A stretch of 63,892 nt of DNA, the filler included, from Octopus bimaculoides (Eukaryota), in NCBI RefSeq assembly GCF_001194135.2. It is 6 parts of 6 records of this genome, joined end to end, with 100 filler letters (N's around TTAATTAATTAA, not from the genome) between each part and the next. Parts side by side here need not be neighbours in the genome. Positions count along the whole stretch, not along the records: positions 1 to 22,088 come from NC_069004.1; positions 22,189 to 51,315 come from NC_068984.1; 4 more parts are not named here. One strand, written 5' to 3'. The notes beneath the pieces are model-generated. The model was not told where the DNA came from, searched no databases, and saw only the letters and a program-made list of their open reading frames with translations. Below, piece after piece: positions 13,191-26,590 of this stretch. The position numbers and the translations under genes are program-made. Within the stretch, counting starts at the first letter, position 1. Every line of letters begins with the position of its first letter.

Positions 13191-13805
13191 GAGATGTTCT
13201 AAGTATCAATTTTGCCGAGGTCGACTTTGTACTTCACTATTTCGCGGAAAAATAAAATAAGTACCAAACGCGTACCGAAGCTTATAGTAGAATGAAAAGC
13301 AAAGTCGACCGCGGTGGTATTTGAACTCAGGACTTAAAGATGCACAAAATGCCACTAACCATTTTTATTCGGTGTGCTAACGATTCTGACTGCTCACAGC
13401 CTTCGTCAAAGTATATATGGAAGTCCATCTTGCGATCTGGTCCGCATTCGCACTAACACTCAAGCAAACTAGACCTACAAAGTTGCACAGAACTGCTTAT
13501 GACCGATTAACAGGCGTGCATCATGGTCTGAAATGGCCGAATTATGTATCTGTTGTCTCATTACAGCTCTGAGACACGTAGGCAATGAACGGATCTAGCT
13601 CCTTCGTGTTTTAGTGCAGTCACTATGTTTTTGTTGAGGAAATGTCGGAAGATTCTTTTCGTCGCTAGAAATTCTGTCGCGATGTGCATACCAACCAACC
13701 TACTCCTGTAGCTCGCTAACTAGCTCGCCTGGCAATCTATTATTCGCTACCGCTAGCTATCCTCTCCCCGAAATTGCTGGCCTTGAAGCAAAATTTCAAA
13801 CCAAA

Positions 13806-13839
<34 letters not shown>

Positions 13840-13854
13840 AATCGCAGGATAATG

Positions 13855-14030
13855 CTAATAATATAGCCTGAACAGGATAAACTACTCCTATTTTGCAGAA
13901 AAAGTCTAGGTCGTTAGCTATGAGACTGCGATTGAGAATTTAAAATCACTTCTTTAACTTTCTAAAAGACATCTCAACGCTTCTAAAAGCAAACTTCGTT
14001 TGTTTGTTTATGTTCATCGTAATTTGAATT
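13855..14030 (+). repeat. Unclassified dispersed repeat; second copy at about 37075-37260
   Basis: Shared TAATAATATAGC.TGAACAGGATAAACTA...TTTTGCAGAAAAA and CATCTCAACGCTTCTAAA.GCAAACTT blocks. Confidence 0.6.
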
Positions 14031-14044
14031 TATTATTATTATTA

Positions 14045-14088
<44 letters not shown>

Positions 14089-14100
14089 GTCACTTTGCAG

Positions 14101-14199
14101 AATTCACCACTTGGTACAGAAGTATTTCGGGCCGCTGACTATACCGATGACCAAGATTTCCAGCACTTTCTAATCTACTCAATGAAAGAACACAACGTT
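14101..14199 (+). CDS. Cadherin-domain gene, exon D (NSPLGTEVFRAADYTDDQDFQHFLIYSMKEHNV)
   Basis: CACTTTGCAG acceptor and GTAAGT donor; 99 nt, phase 0-0. Completes E|NSPLGTEV (ENxPxGTxV), with a DxD-like motif and LIYS. Confidence 0.85.
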
Positions 14200-16578
14200 G
14201 TAAGTTTAACTGTTCAAATTTACATCAATTCTCATATTTTCCGCATTGCCTATTTTTTAATTTCATTTTAAAACTACATTCTTGTAATTATCTAATGAAG
14301 GAGGTATTTCTGGAAAGAAACCTAATTTCCAATTAAATGAATCGAACTTCATATTTCTAAAATCAATATTGAATATTCAATATTGTAATAAGAACCGTGT
14401 TTGTTTATCTCTCCGTCTGTCCCTCTGTCGGTTCGTCACATGCTAATCTCCGATCAGGATAATTTCCAAGTCTTATGACATCAGTGACGTCACAGTAAGT
14501 AACTTTCGGTGACGCCATATTTGATATTCACAGATATTAGTTTGTTAAATGAAAATGAATATTTCACACTCAAAGCTATTTGGAAAAGTGGGAGACAAAA
14601 GATGGCGAAACTGGAAGATAAAAAGGAAAAGTAATAAAGCCTTCCCCCAGGAAAATAGTTAATTCTGTTGTGAAGCTATTATAATTTATTGAATGTAGGT
14701 CTTTCTAATATTCGAAACCATTTCTTTTCGTGATGAGCAAGCTATTTTACAGAAAAATAAAATATCTAGTCAGTGAAAGAGTGAATACAACTATTTGTAA
14801 AGCAAGTACATTAATTTCCGTTTAAATATATATTGATAAATAACAAGTGTGAAATTAGAAAGAAAGTTTACATCACAACATTATAGCAAATGAATGATTC
14901 ACTCAGGTTTATTATCAACCACTTTGTATATGTTTTAGGAAATTTTAGCTACGATATTTCACTGAAATGTCTGGTTAAAACTAAATATATAATAATTATA
15001 AAAATAATTCTTTTTGTCATTTACTGTTCATCACAGATATTACACATACACACACATTCACAAATGTAGAAGTTTCATGTGGCTACTCGGTTTGCTAGAC
15101 ATAGCAAAACTTTAAATCGACCCCCCCCCCCAAAAAAAACTTTAATAATAATAATACAGACATTGACTAGGAACATTCAATTATTTAGAGGTAGGTCGTG
15201 TGACTAAATGTGAATATCCTACAATGTATATAGTTATCTTGTTAAAGATAAAATAAAATGTTTTAAATAATGATTTTAAGTGAAATTGTATTTAGAAAAA
15301 TTTATTAAACAGTCAGTGTGACAATCGAAAGTTCAATATTTTAAACAATTAAAAATCACCAGATATAAATATATTTTTCTGAAAATGAAATTAAGAGCTA
15401 TTAATTAATTATTTCAATGAAAATTTACATNNNNNNNNNNNNNNNNNNNNNNNNNNNNNNNNNNNNNNNNNNNNNNNNNNNNNNNNNNNNNNNNNNNNNN
15501 NNNNNNNNNNNNNNNNNNNNNNNNNNNNNNNNNNNNNNNNNNNNNNNNNNNNNNNNNNNNNNNNNNNNNNNNNNNNNNNNNNNNNNNNNNNNNNNNNNNN
15601 NNNNNNNNNNNNNNNNNNNNNNNNNNNNNNNNNNNNNNNNNNNNNNNNNNNNNNNNNNNNNNNNNNNNNNNNNNNNNNNNNNNNNNNNNNNNNNNNNNNN
15701 NNNNNNNNNNNNNNNNNNNNNNNNNNNNNNNNNNNNNNNNNNNNNNNNNNNNNNNNNNNNNNNNNNNNNNNNNNNNNNNNNNNNNNNNNNNNNNNNNNNN
15801 NNNNNNNNNNNNNNNNNNNNNNNNNNNNNNNNNNNNNNNNNNNNNATAAATTTGACATAAGCGATTCTTTCTTGTCTTAAGATTCACAGTCAAACGGCTG
15901 GGTGGAATTGCGCGAAAAATTACATAGATGTGTAGAATGATCCGGTGGTGATGCTGGGTTTTGCATTTTTTCATAGCTCCTATGGTTACCGAGATAATTT
16001 ACTATAATAATACTCTTGTGTTTATGAATGAGAAAGGAAGGGGTGATAGATGAATAAGGAAAGAAAGGGTGATATCATACTTAGTAGTGGGATGATGAAA
16101 ATTGTACGCTGAAAAATAAATCAAACAGCGTTTGAACTTTGTGTGTATATATGTGTGTGCGTGTAAAGGGGTTATGTGAATGTGTGTGTGTGTGTTTACG
16201 CGCGTGCGTGTGCGTTTGTGTGTGTTTGTGTGTATGTACGCGCGCGCAATAGAAGTGGGATGGTTCATATTTGTTCGCTTAGTATTTGGGTTTATTTTTT
16301 GATTTGGTTGAATCTTGGTTGTTTTTTTTTTGTTGGTCAGTTATCTTTAGCGTTTTGACAGAATAAATCATTCTAAAATTGTGCTTTAACGTAAGCGTGC
16401 CCAAACAAGTCGAACGCTTACATAGAGCAGGTTTTACAGCCACACCATCCAAACCGACTGGGTGAAACTGGGCTTAGCTGCTAGTATATATATATATGCA
16501 TGACCGTAAGTATACACACAAAGAGTCTCTCACACACGCGTATATACACATATATATATATATCTATGTATGCATATA

Positions 16579-16636
<58 letters not shown>

Positions 16637-17234
16637 CATACACACATATATGAATGTATGTGTGCGTTCGTGCATGAGTGTGTGTGTGTGTATGCGTGTG
16701 TGTTCACACAGAGAAGACCACTAAGAGGACTTCTTAATTGCTAAAAAGGGCATTCAGATCCCAAGTCATGAAAAAACACTTTTATTTATCGCACATTGAT
16801 TGCAAACGAGCAGGGCACATGGAAGAATTAAACTCTCAGTTAATTCTATATTCCGAAGTTTCACCATTAATGATTAAATAAATAACTAAGTTAATTAATT
16901 GATGAATTAACCATCCATGGCTTGTCAGTAGAATCGCTGGAAAATATATAATTATGAAACTCGAATACGTACCGAAACCACAAAGTAAACACGTGCGTAT
17001 TGAGTTCCATTGTTATACATCTAGAATTCAAGTCGAATGTCCTCAACCAACGTGCTGAGTCAGAATAGCGCAGCAGTGAATAAATTCAACGGGGAATTAT
17101 ATGGCCCAAGAATTTAAATATTTAAATATCTAAGCTTAAGGGCAAAAATTATTTAAAATGATAATTTATACCAGCGACTAGGATGCGTAAAATAATTTCA
17201 GTAGGTATAAGTATTTTCATAATATATATATATT

Positions 17235-17394
17235 AGGCGCAGTGGCTGCGTGGTAAGTAGCTTTTTTACCAACTACATGGTTCTGGGTTCTGCCCCACTG
17301 CGTAGCACCTTGGGCAAGTGTCTTCTACTATAGTCTCGGGCCGAACAAATCGTCGTGAGTGGATTTGGTAGACGGAAACTTAAAGAAGCTCGTC

Positions 17395-17398
<4 letters not shown>
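17235..17398 (+). mobile_element. SINE family A, 5' half
   Basis: Head and body run into (TA)n. Confidence 0.72.
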
Positions 17399-17470
<72 letters not shown>

Positions 17471-17522
17471 CTATATATGTGTGTGTAGTTATATATATAT
17501 ATACGTGTATACATATAGATAA

Positions 17523-17570
<48 letters not shown>

Positions 17571-18242
17571 CTGTTTAACAAAAGGAGAACCTAAGTGAAG
17601 ACAAATCGTATTAGTTCCATAATCATGCAAAGTGACGTATATATGCAGAAAAGTTGACTCACGAATATTAGCGCCACCTACAATTGTTCTAAACCTCGTA
17701 TTCAATGCAATGAATTTCCGAAGACATGAATTAAAATAATGATTACCGTATTATACAAAACAATCAATAAACCCATCTCCTTTTCATTAAAAATTGAGAT
17801 TGGAGTTTAGCGTAAAATTACAGCTAAACTTCTGTAATTCCGAGAAATATATGAAAATTGGTTCTCAGAGAAATATTAACGCGTCCTTCGTTGAATGTTG
17901 AACATTTGTGTAGAGTGGTAAAATATAGAGTCGTAGTGTCGTTGTTTACTATGTCAATAGTTTTGACGTAACATTGGGTGTCGGCTCGTGCAAGCTTCCA
18001 AATTTATTTCATTGCTATACAGTATTAATAAAGACATCATTCATTCTAAAATGGTGCCAGGTTGTATTGGCCTTTTCCTTTCCCTTGGATAACATCGGTT
18101 GCATAACGAGGAGAGACAGGCTAACAGGCATGGGCGACTGCTGGTCGTCTTCTATAAACAATCTTGCCTCGGAGGGGCTAGGTGCAATCCCATGGTCATC
18201 GATATATATATATATATATACATATACATCTCTCTCTCTCTG

Positions 18243-18300
<58 letters not shown>

Positions 18301-19488
18301 NNNNNNNNNNNNNNNNNNNNNNNNNNNNNNNNNNNNNNNNNNNNNNNNNNNNNNNNNNNNNNNNNNNNNNNNNNNNNNNNNNNNNNNNNNNNNNNNNNNN
18401 NNNNNNNNNNNNNNNNNNNNNNNNNNNNNNNNNNNNNNNNNNNNNNNNNNNNNNNNNNNNNNNNNNNNNNNNNNNNNNNNNNNNNNNNNNNNNNNNNNNN
18501 NNNNNNNNNNNNNNNNNNNNNNNNNNNNNNNNNNNNNNNNNNNNNNNNCTGGAACCTCAACGACAAAAAAAAGAAAAGAAAAAGAAAGAGTGTTCTCCTC
18601 TTCTAAAAAATAAACAAAAGAACTCGATTTATATAAATGAACAAACTGTTTGCGCATTCACTATTTTATTTGACAACTTCGAAGACATTACTGAGAAGAA
18701 ACCATCGAAAGTAACCACCACATACAATCACCAAACATTTTCACTATTCAACACCGTCCAAGTTAACCCACTTCACCTTTAGAGCTGGCATGAAAAGCTA
18801 CGAGGAAAAGGCAACCATTTTAATTAAGCAAAAAAGAGAAAAAATTGATTGCTATTAAAACGCGTAAAATGTTGGGGTTAATAATCTTACTCTTTAGTTA
18901 CAGTTTCTCATTCATACTACATAATAGGTAGAATTGTCGGATTAAGACATGTATAGGTTTCCCTTATTGGCTCATACATACATACATATATATATACATA
19001 AAATCGAAATAAAATACTTAAAGCAACAGTCATCAAATACAAAAGCCAAGGTCCATGCAGTGTCATGGGCCAAAAAAATTTCCAACTTCTTGCCTAATGC
19101 AAGCCCAGAGCAATCTCTTCTCTCTTACATTATTTCGGTATTACATCTCTATTGTAATGTGAGATAAAAAATTTCAGTTTGAAAGAAGTCTGGCCTATAT
19201 ATATTCCTTATGCATTCCAAAACCGAGTCACAGATTTTGACGTATGGGGTATCAAAAGATTCAGTACTATTTCGGTTACAAATCAAACTTAATTTGCATT
19301 CACATATTTGCATTTCAAAAATTTAGCATTATATTCTTTCCATAAATCAACTATCGTAAACATTTTATACGATGACGTCACATTTTCTATATATGTGTGT
19401 GCCTTAAAAGACATCAATCCTCACGACACACACCGTCACTCACTCTATCTCTCTTTCTCACTCTCTTTCTCTCTCACACACACGCGCA

Positions 19489-19543
<55 letters not shown>

Positions 19544-20987
19544 ACACACTCCTTGTTACACCAAAGATGAACTGAAGGTAAGGATTATAGCAGCATTCAC
19601 CAACTTAAACAAGGCGACAGATAGAATTACAAGGCTTACAAAAAATAAGTCAGGTGTTCGATTTGTTCGACTAAAGGCGATGCTCCAGCATGGCCTCAGT
19701 CAAATGACTGAAACAAATAAAAGAATTAAAGAATAAAAAAATGAATAAATGGTGCTCCTAACATTAACTTGACTTCACTTTCCCCGCCATTAAATTTATA
19801 TATGTATATATAATTCTCTGTTGATTCTCTAGAACTCAATAGAAATGTAGAGTATTGTTAAATACGTTATAACTGAAAGTCTCCGGTTACCAGTACTGAA
19901 TGTTACTCGTTTCCGATCATGAGCGGGCAACCCGAGCCTGGTTTCCTTTTGAAATATCCATTAACTGAATATTTTTTGAAATACATCAAAATTGATTACA
20001 TCGATATAGGTTTTAGCTGAATCGTTATTTTATCGATCCCGTGAAAAATGAAAGGATAACATGCCAGTTCCAACGGGTATTCGAACTCAGAATATACGAT
20101 CACATAATTTAATACCGCAAGGCTGTTTGCCTACGATACCTTTTCTGCGAATTTAGCGCTTGAATATGCATAAATCAGTTTAATTTAAATATTTCGAGGG
20201 AATACATTTATGCATTGAAAATATTAATTTTGATAAAAACCGTTAAACTGTAAACAATTGAATTTTGATTTTAAAGACTTGTTCATCCTTTACACTGTTA
20301 CTATCGCAAAGAAACTATGCATGAAAGAATAAATAAACTGTAGAGAATGTAGGAACAGAAGTGAAATCAGGTTCGAGTGCGTGTCTTAACTGGGTTGGTT
20401 ACATATTTTCTTGCTGTTTAAGAGAATGTAGTCACGTCGGCTGAAAGCGTTTATACTTCTCTTTGTAATTGTTTATGGGGTATTCAAACTATGTCGGATG
20501 AGCCGCACGTTTTCTTCTGGCATTGTGCACATCCGACTACATTAAAAAACGTGGCATTTTTTAAACATGTTACTCGAAATAATTTTAACGACAATTTCTA
20601 ATGTATTTAGCGACGACGTAAAGTTTCCGATGACAATTGTAGTTTGTAAGGAGAAATGTGAAGGAATCTTTGTGAATTGTTCAAATAACAATGAAACACA
20701 GTCGGTTTGCTCCTTATTCGAAGGTGCTGAAGACTGCGTAGAATTTACTTTTACAGGAAGACTGACATACCTACAAATATGAACTCGTATATTTACTCAA
20801 TAAGTTGTTCTCTTCATTGAAACTAAATCACTCGAAACTGCTCTTGCAAATACAAAAATAGATGGCTATCAACATCAAAAATAAGCACAGTAGGTTTTTA
20901 ATTAAATACAATGATCAAGAAACAAATTAGGTGAGGGCTTATGTTATTATTTTACTCATAAATAACTTGTTTTATTTGTATATGCAG

Positions 20988-21110
20988 AACTCTTCGGGCG
21001 GTCTGAAAGATAAGTTCATGATGGATGATTCCGTGAACGGTACAGTCTATGTTGCTGGCCATCTCGACTTCGAACTAGAAAACCAATATATTTACGATAT
21101 AAAAGTTGAG
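20988..21110 (+). CDS. Cadherin-domain gene, exon E (NSSGGLKDKFMMDDSVNGTVYVAGHLDFELENQYIYDIKVE)
   Basis: ATGCAG acceptor and GAG|GTAAGC donor; 123 nt, phase 0-0. F-x-x-D...G-T-V-Y-V...LDFE...Y-x-x-x-I-x-V-E is typical of a cadherin EC repeat. Confidence 0.88.
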
Positions 21111-21593
21111 GTAAGCTTTACTCTTTTACTCTTTTACTTGTTTCAGTCATTTGACTGCGGCCATGCTGGAGCACCGCCTTTAGGCGTCATACTGAATAAT
21201 AAATTTTTGTCATTAACGTTTAGTCTTTTTTTCATTGCTCAAATAATTTTTAACCCAAGCTCTCCACACTAGGCGGATTCTGTGTCGAGTTATCTATCTT
21301 GAAGAATAATACATAATGTCCAAAGGTCGACTTCTTTTCCTGCACAACGCAATTCGTTAGATTTGTACAGCTCATTCCTCGCTTTATATTTTTGCACTTT
21401 GTGTTAAAACACTTTCTTCGAATTTCTTTATTGTTATAATTGTATGTGTTGTCATTATTATCGTTTTGGAAACTTCAAGTGAGGTGAAATAAATCATTTT
21501 AACAATGTTATGGACTCAAGACCTTCAATATTTACTTGTTTCAGTTATTAGCGTATGGTCATCGCTGGAGCACCACCTTGAAGGTTTTAGTCG

Positions 21594-21633
<40 letters not shown>

Positions 21634-21672
21634 CAGATATATTTATATGTATGTATTTATGTATGTATATAA

Positions 21673-22037
21673 GTGCAGGCGTGGCTGTATGCTAGTCATA
21701 TAGTTCCGGGTTCAGTCCCACTGCGTGACACATTGGGCGTGTGTCTTCTACTATAGCCTTGGGCCGGCCAAATCCTTGTGAATAAATTTGGTAGACGGAA
21801 ACTGAAAGAAGCTCATTGTGCATGTATATATATATTTCAATATGTGCGTTTTCTTCGAGTCTTTTTCCCATCACTTCTTGAAACCAAGAGTTGGTGTGTT
21901 TACGTCCCTGTAACTTAATGCCGATAAGATAATAACTAAGCTTATGAAATATGAGTCCTAGGGTCGATTTATTCGACAAGATATTCTTCAAGGCGGTGCC
22001 CCAGCATGACTGTAGTCTAATGACTGAAACAAAACAA
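21673..22037 (+). mobile_element. SINE family A
   Basis: Head with a deletion, body and 3' end. Confidence 0.72.
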
Positions 22038-22050
22038 GTGAGTGACAAAA

Positions 22051-22088
<38 letters not shown>

Positions 22089-22188
22089 NNNNNNNNNNNN
22101 NNNNNNNNNNNNNNNNNNNNNNNNNNNNNNNNTTAATTAATTAANNNNNNNNNNNNNNNNNNNNNNNNNNNNNNNNNNNNNNNNNNNN
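22089..22188. other. Artificial 100-N scaffold gap with a TTAATTAATTAA spacer (also near 51360, 56474, 59135 and 62721)
   Basis: Identical spacer (stops in all six frames) centred in N runs of about 100 nt, indicating a gap of unknown size. Confidence 0.9.
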
Positions 22189-22489
22189 TATATATACGTT
22201 ATGTATTCATTTATATAAATATACACTTGTACATGCATACGTATCCTATACACCGGTGTATAATGTATTTATTGCGAATTAAAATTTTTAAGGAGAATCA
22301 AAAAATAACCATGAAAAAGAAAAATAAGGAAAAAACGAAAACAACATATCCTAAAATTTCATTCACTGTTCGAACTTTGGAAATGAATATCGATATATTC
22401 AGCTATTAAAAGACAGGAAGTAATTGAAGAATTATTATGAGTTGATTATCATAGTCAACCTTTGAAGACATCTTCGGCCAAGTCTGGTG

Positions 22490-22495
22490 TTTATT
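22490..22495 (-). promoter_or_regulatory. Candidate polyadenylation signal of alpha-tubulin
   Basis: AATAAA on the minus strand about 240 nt downstream of the stop; a second one lies at 22268-22273. Confidence 0.4.
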
Positions 22496-22508
22496 ACAAA
22501 GAAGAAAG

Positions 22509-22539
<31 letters not shown>

Positions 22540-22737
22540 GACCGACAGACAGAGAGAAGAAGGTTGAGAAAATATTAAAGAGGGAAGGAAAAAGCGAGAA
22601 AGAAATTGCGAGAGAGAATTAAGTTCGCTGGGTAGGGGACATAATATATATTTCTCTATGATTATGGTCCACTTTCATGCCACTGGAAACAGCAAGATCA
22701 ACGCAATAATTAACTGGTTTGAAGAGAATCTTTATGT

Positions 22738-23889
<1,152 letters not shown>

Positions 23890-23919
23890 TTATTATTAGC
23901 GTTTGTGTAAATAAGGGTT

Positions 23920-23970
23920 CGTGCGTGTGTGTATGTCAGCATGTGTATATTTGATATGTATGCGTGTGTA

Positions 23971-24020
<50 letters not shown>

Positions 24021-24129
24021 CGTATGTGTGTTTGTGTGTGCGTGTNNNNNNNNNNGTGCGTATGTGTGTCTGTGTGTTCGTGTATGTATGCTTGTGTGTG
24101 TGTGTATGTGTGCGCGCGCGTGTGTATGC

Positions 24130-24162
<33 letters not shown>

Positions 24163-24360
24163 TGTGTGTGCGTGTGTGTATGTTTGTGTGTGTATGTGTG
24201 TTTGTGTGTGTGTATGTGTCCGTGCATGCGCGCGTATGCGTGTGTATGCGTGTGTGTTTGTGTGTGCGTGTGTGTATGCTTGTGTGTGCGTGTATGTGCG
24301 CGCGCGTGCGCGTGTTTGTGTGTGGGGGGGGCGCGTGGGCGCGTGTGTGTGACTGTATGT
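23920..24360. repeat. Degenerate (GT)n array in tubulin intron 2
   Basis: Direct reading. Confidence 0.92.
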
Positions 24361-24689
24361 TTGTGTTTGTAAGACAACATATATGTATAAAAACAGATGC
24401 AGGATACTAAGCTTACACAAAAAAATTTCTTTTCCTCGCCTCACCTCACCCCACGTGTAATAGATCGGATCTGCTAAAGAATTAATCATAGAAGAGAAAT
24501 ACAAAATGAAATATAGACGTAAACAAATTCTGAAACAGAGAAATAAAAGTGACATAAATAAGGAATTTCGACAAATTCTAGAATAGAGACAGAATAAGAG
24601 AATAATAGAATAACTATGATATGAGAAATATGCCATAAGATAAGCTCTTTATGATATTCTCCAACATAATTTCTCATAAATAATTCTTT

Positions 24690-25042
24690 TTGCTGTAGGC
24701 ACAAGGCTTGAAAATTTGGATGAGGAGATAGTGCGTAACTGGTACTTATTTCATCGACCCTGAAAGGATGAAAGGCAAGGCCGACCTCGGCGGAATTTGA
24801 ACTCAGAACGTAGCGGTAAACGAAATACCGCGCAGCATTTCGCCCGGCGTGCTCACGATTCTTATTTCTTTATTTCCCACAAGGGGCTAAACGTAGAGGG
24901 GACAAACGAGGACTGACAAAGGGACCACAGTACGTAACTAGTACTTTATTTGTCGACCTCGGCGGAATTTGAACTCAGAACGTAGCGGTAAACGAAATAC
25001 TGGTAAGCATTTCGCTCGGTGTGCTAACGTTTCTGCCAGCCT
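24690..25042 (-). mobile_element. SINE family B, with a duplicated head region (in tubulin intron 2)
   Basis: CGACCTCGGCGGAATTTGAACTCAGAACGTAGCGGTAAACGAAATAC occurs twice. Confidence 0.75.
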
Positions 25043-25265
25043 TATTTCTTATAAATAATGAATGGGTGCTGAAACGTACTTTAACTCTCTCTTAGAAGTT
25101 CAAAAACTTGTTATAGGAGAGAAAAGGATGCACAATGCATGTGACGAAAATAATGTAGTAGAAAGCATCAGTTCCTATGATTAACTATAATTTAAAGGTT
25201 GTCTCGATTTAATTGCTATAAGTTGAAGTTTGCTATAAGTTGAAGTTTGTAGTAAACCAACTTAC

Positions 25266-25488
25266 CGATGACCGTCGGTTCCAGATCAACAAAAACGGCC
25301 CTTGGGACGTGTTTTCCTCCACCAGTTTCGCTGAAAAACGTGTTAAACGAATCATCGCTGCCTGTTTGTGACTTCAGATCAGGTACTTGACCATTTTGTT
25401 GGATACAATGTTCCAAACAATACAGTTCCCAGCATGCATTGCCGATTTGAACTCCTGCCTGTCCGATGTGGATACTGATACACTCACG
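25266..25488 (-). CDS. TUBA: Alpha-tubulin, coding exon 2 ([12 protein letters not shown]...DLEPTVI)
   Basis: TTCCTTGCAG acceptor and GTAAG donor; 223 nt, the conserved exon-2 size of animal alpha-tubulins with an ATG-only first exon; 3+223+1130 = 1356 nt = 451 aa plus stop. Confidence 0.97.
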
Positions 25489-25659
25489 CTGCAAGGAAAG
25501 GAAAGACAAAATCAGACTCATTAGTTTAATGAATAAAGAATATTGTATGTAGCTGTGTGGTAAGAAGTTTGCTTCCCAACCATATGACTCCTGGTTCAAT
25601 CCCTCTACATGTCACTGTATGAATTTGTGTATATATATGTGTGTGTGTGTGTGTGTATT

Positions 25660-25990
25660 AAAAGGAGCACTCCGTCGGTTACGACGACGAGGGTCCCAGC
25701 TGATCCGATCAACGGAACAGCCTGCTCGCCAAATTAACGTGCTAGTGGCTGAGCACTCCACAGACATGTGTACCCCCAACGTAGTTCTCAGGGAGACTCA
25801 GCGTGACACAGAGTGTGACAACGCTGTCCCCTTTGTAATTACAGGTATTACTCATTTTTGCCAGCTGAGTGGACTGAAGCAACGTGAAACAAAGTGTCTT
25901 GCTCAAGAATACAACGCGTCGCCGGGAATTGAACACGCAACCTAACAATCGTGAGCCGAATGCCCTAACCACTAAGCCACGCGTCTTCAC
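25660..25990 (-). mobile_element. tRNA-derived SINE family C (in tubulin intron 1)
   Basis: tRNA-like head on the minus strand (GTGGCTTAGTGGTTAGGG...GGGTGCGTGTTCAATTCCCG-like) with a body shared with 36315-36645 and 55457-55730. Confidence 0.75.
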
Positions 25991-26011
25991 ACAATATGAC
26001 CTTATTCTTTT

Positions 26012-26230
26012 ATTCTGTTGTTTATTTCAGTCATTTGACTGCGGCCATGCTGGGGCACCGCTTTTTGTAGAACAGATCGACCCCAGGTCTTATCCTTTGT
26101 AAACCTAGTACTTATTCTATCGATTTCTTTTGCCGAACCGCTAAGTTACGGGGATATAAATATACCAACATCGATTGTGAAGCGATGGCGCGGGGACAAA
26201 CACAGATACACAAACACACACACACACACA
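26012..26230 (-). mobile_element. SINE family A, 3' half (in tubulin intron 1)
   Basis: TTTCAGTCATTTGACTGCGGCCATGCTGG...GCCGAACCGCTAAGTTACGGGGA. Confidence 0.72.
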
Positions 26231-26394
26231 AATCTCTCTCTCGTATCACATCCAACAATCTTGAAAGTGGGAAGAACACATTAGGCTATGCTATTCCACA
26301 AAAACTTTAAAATATGAGTTTGACACCTACTGGAATGGCTTCGAATAAATGGTTTCCTTGATCAAGTTTGATATGGAGTTACACAGCAACAGCG

Positions 26395-26590
26395 AGAAGA
26401 AGAAGAAGAAGAAGAAGAAGAAGAAGAAGAAGAAGAAGAAGAAGAAGAAGAACAACAACAACAACAACAACAACAACAATAATAACAATAATAATAATAA
26501 TAACACCAACAACAAGGACAATAACAGCAGCAGCAGCAGCAGCAGCAGCAACAGCAACAATAACAACGACAATTAAAACAACAACAACAG
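26395..26590. repeat. Compound trinucleotide repeat (AAG/AAC/AAT/CAG)
   Basis: Direct reading. Confidence 0.95.

Noticed and set aside
22133-22144. TTAATTAATTAA palindrome recurring five times in the window
   Set aside because: Always centred in N runs; an assembly spacer, not biology.
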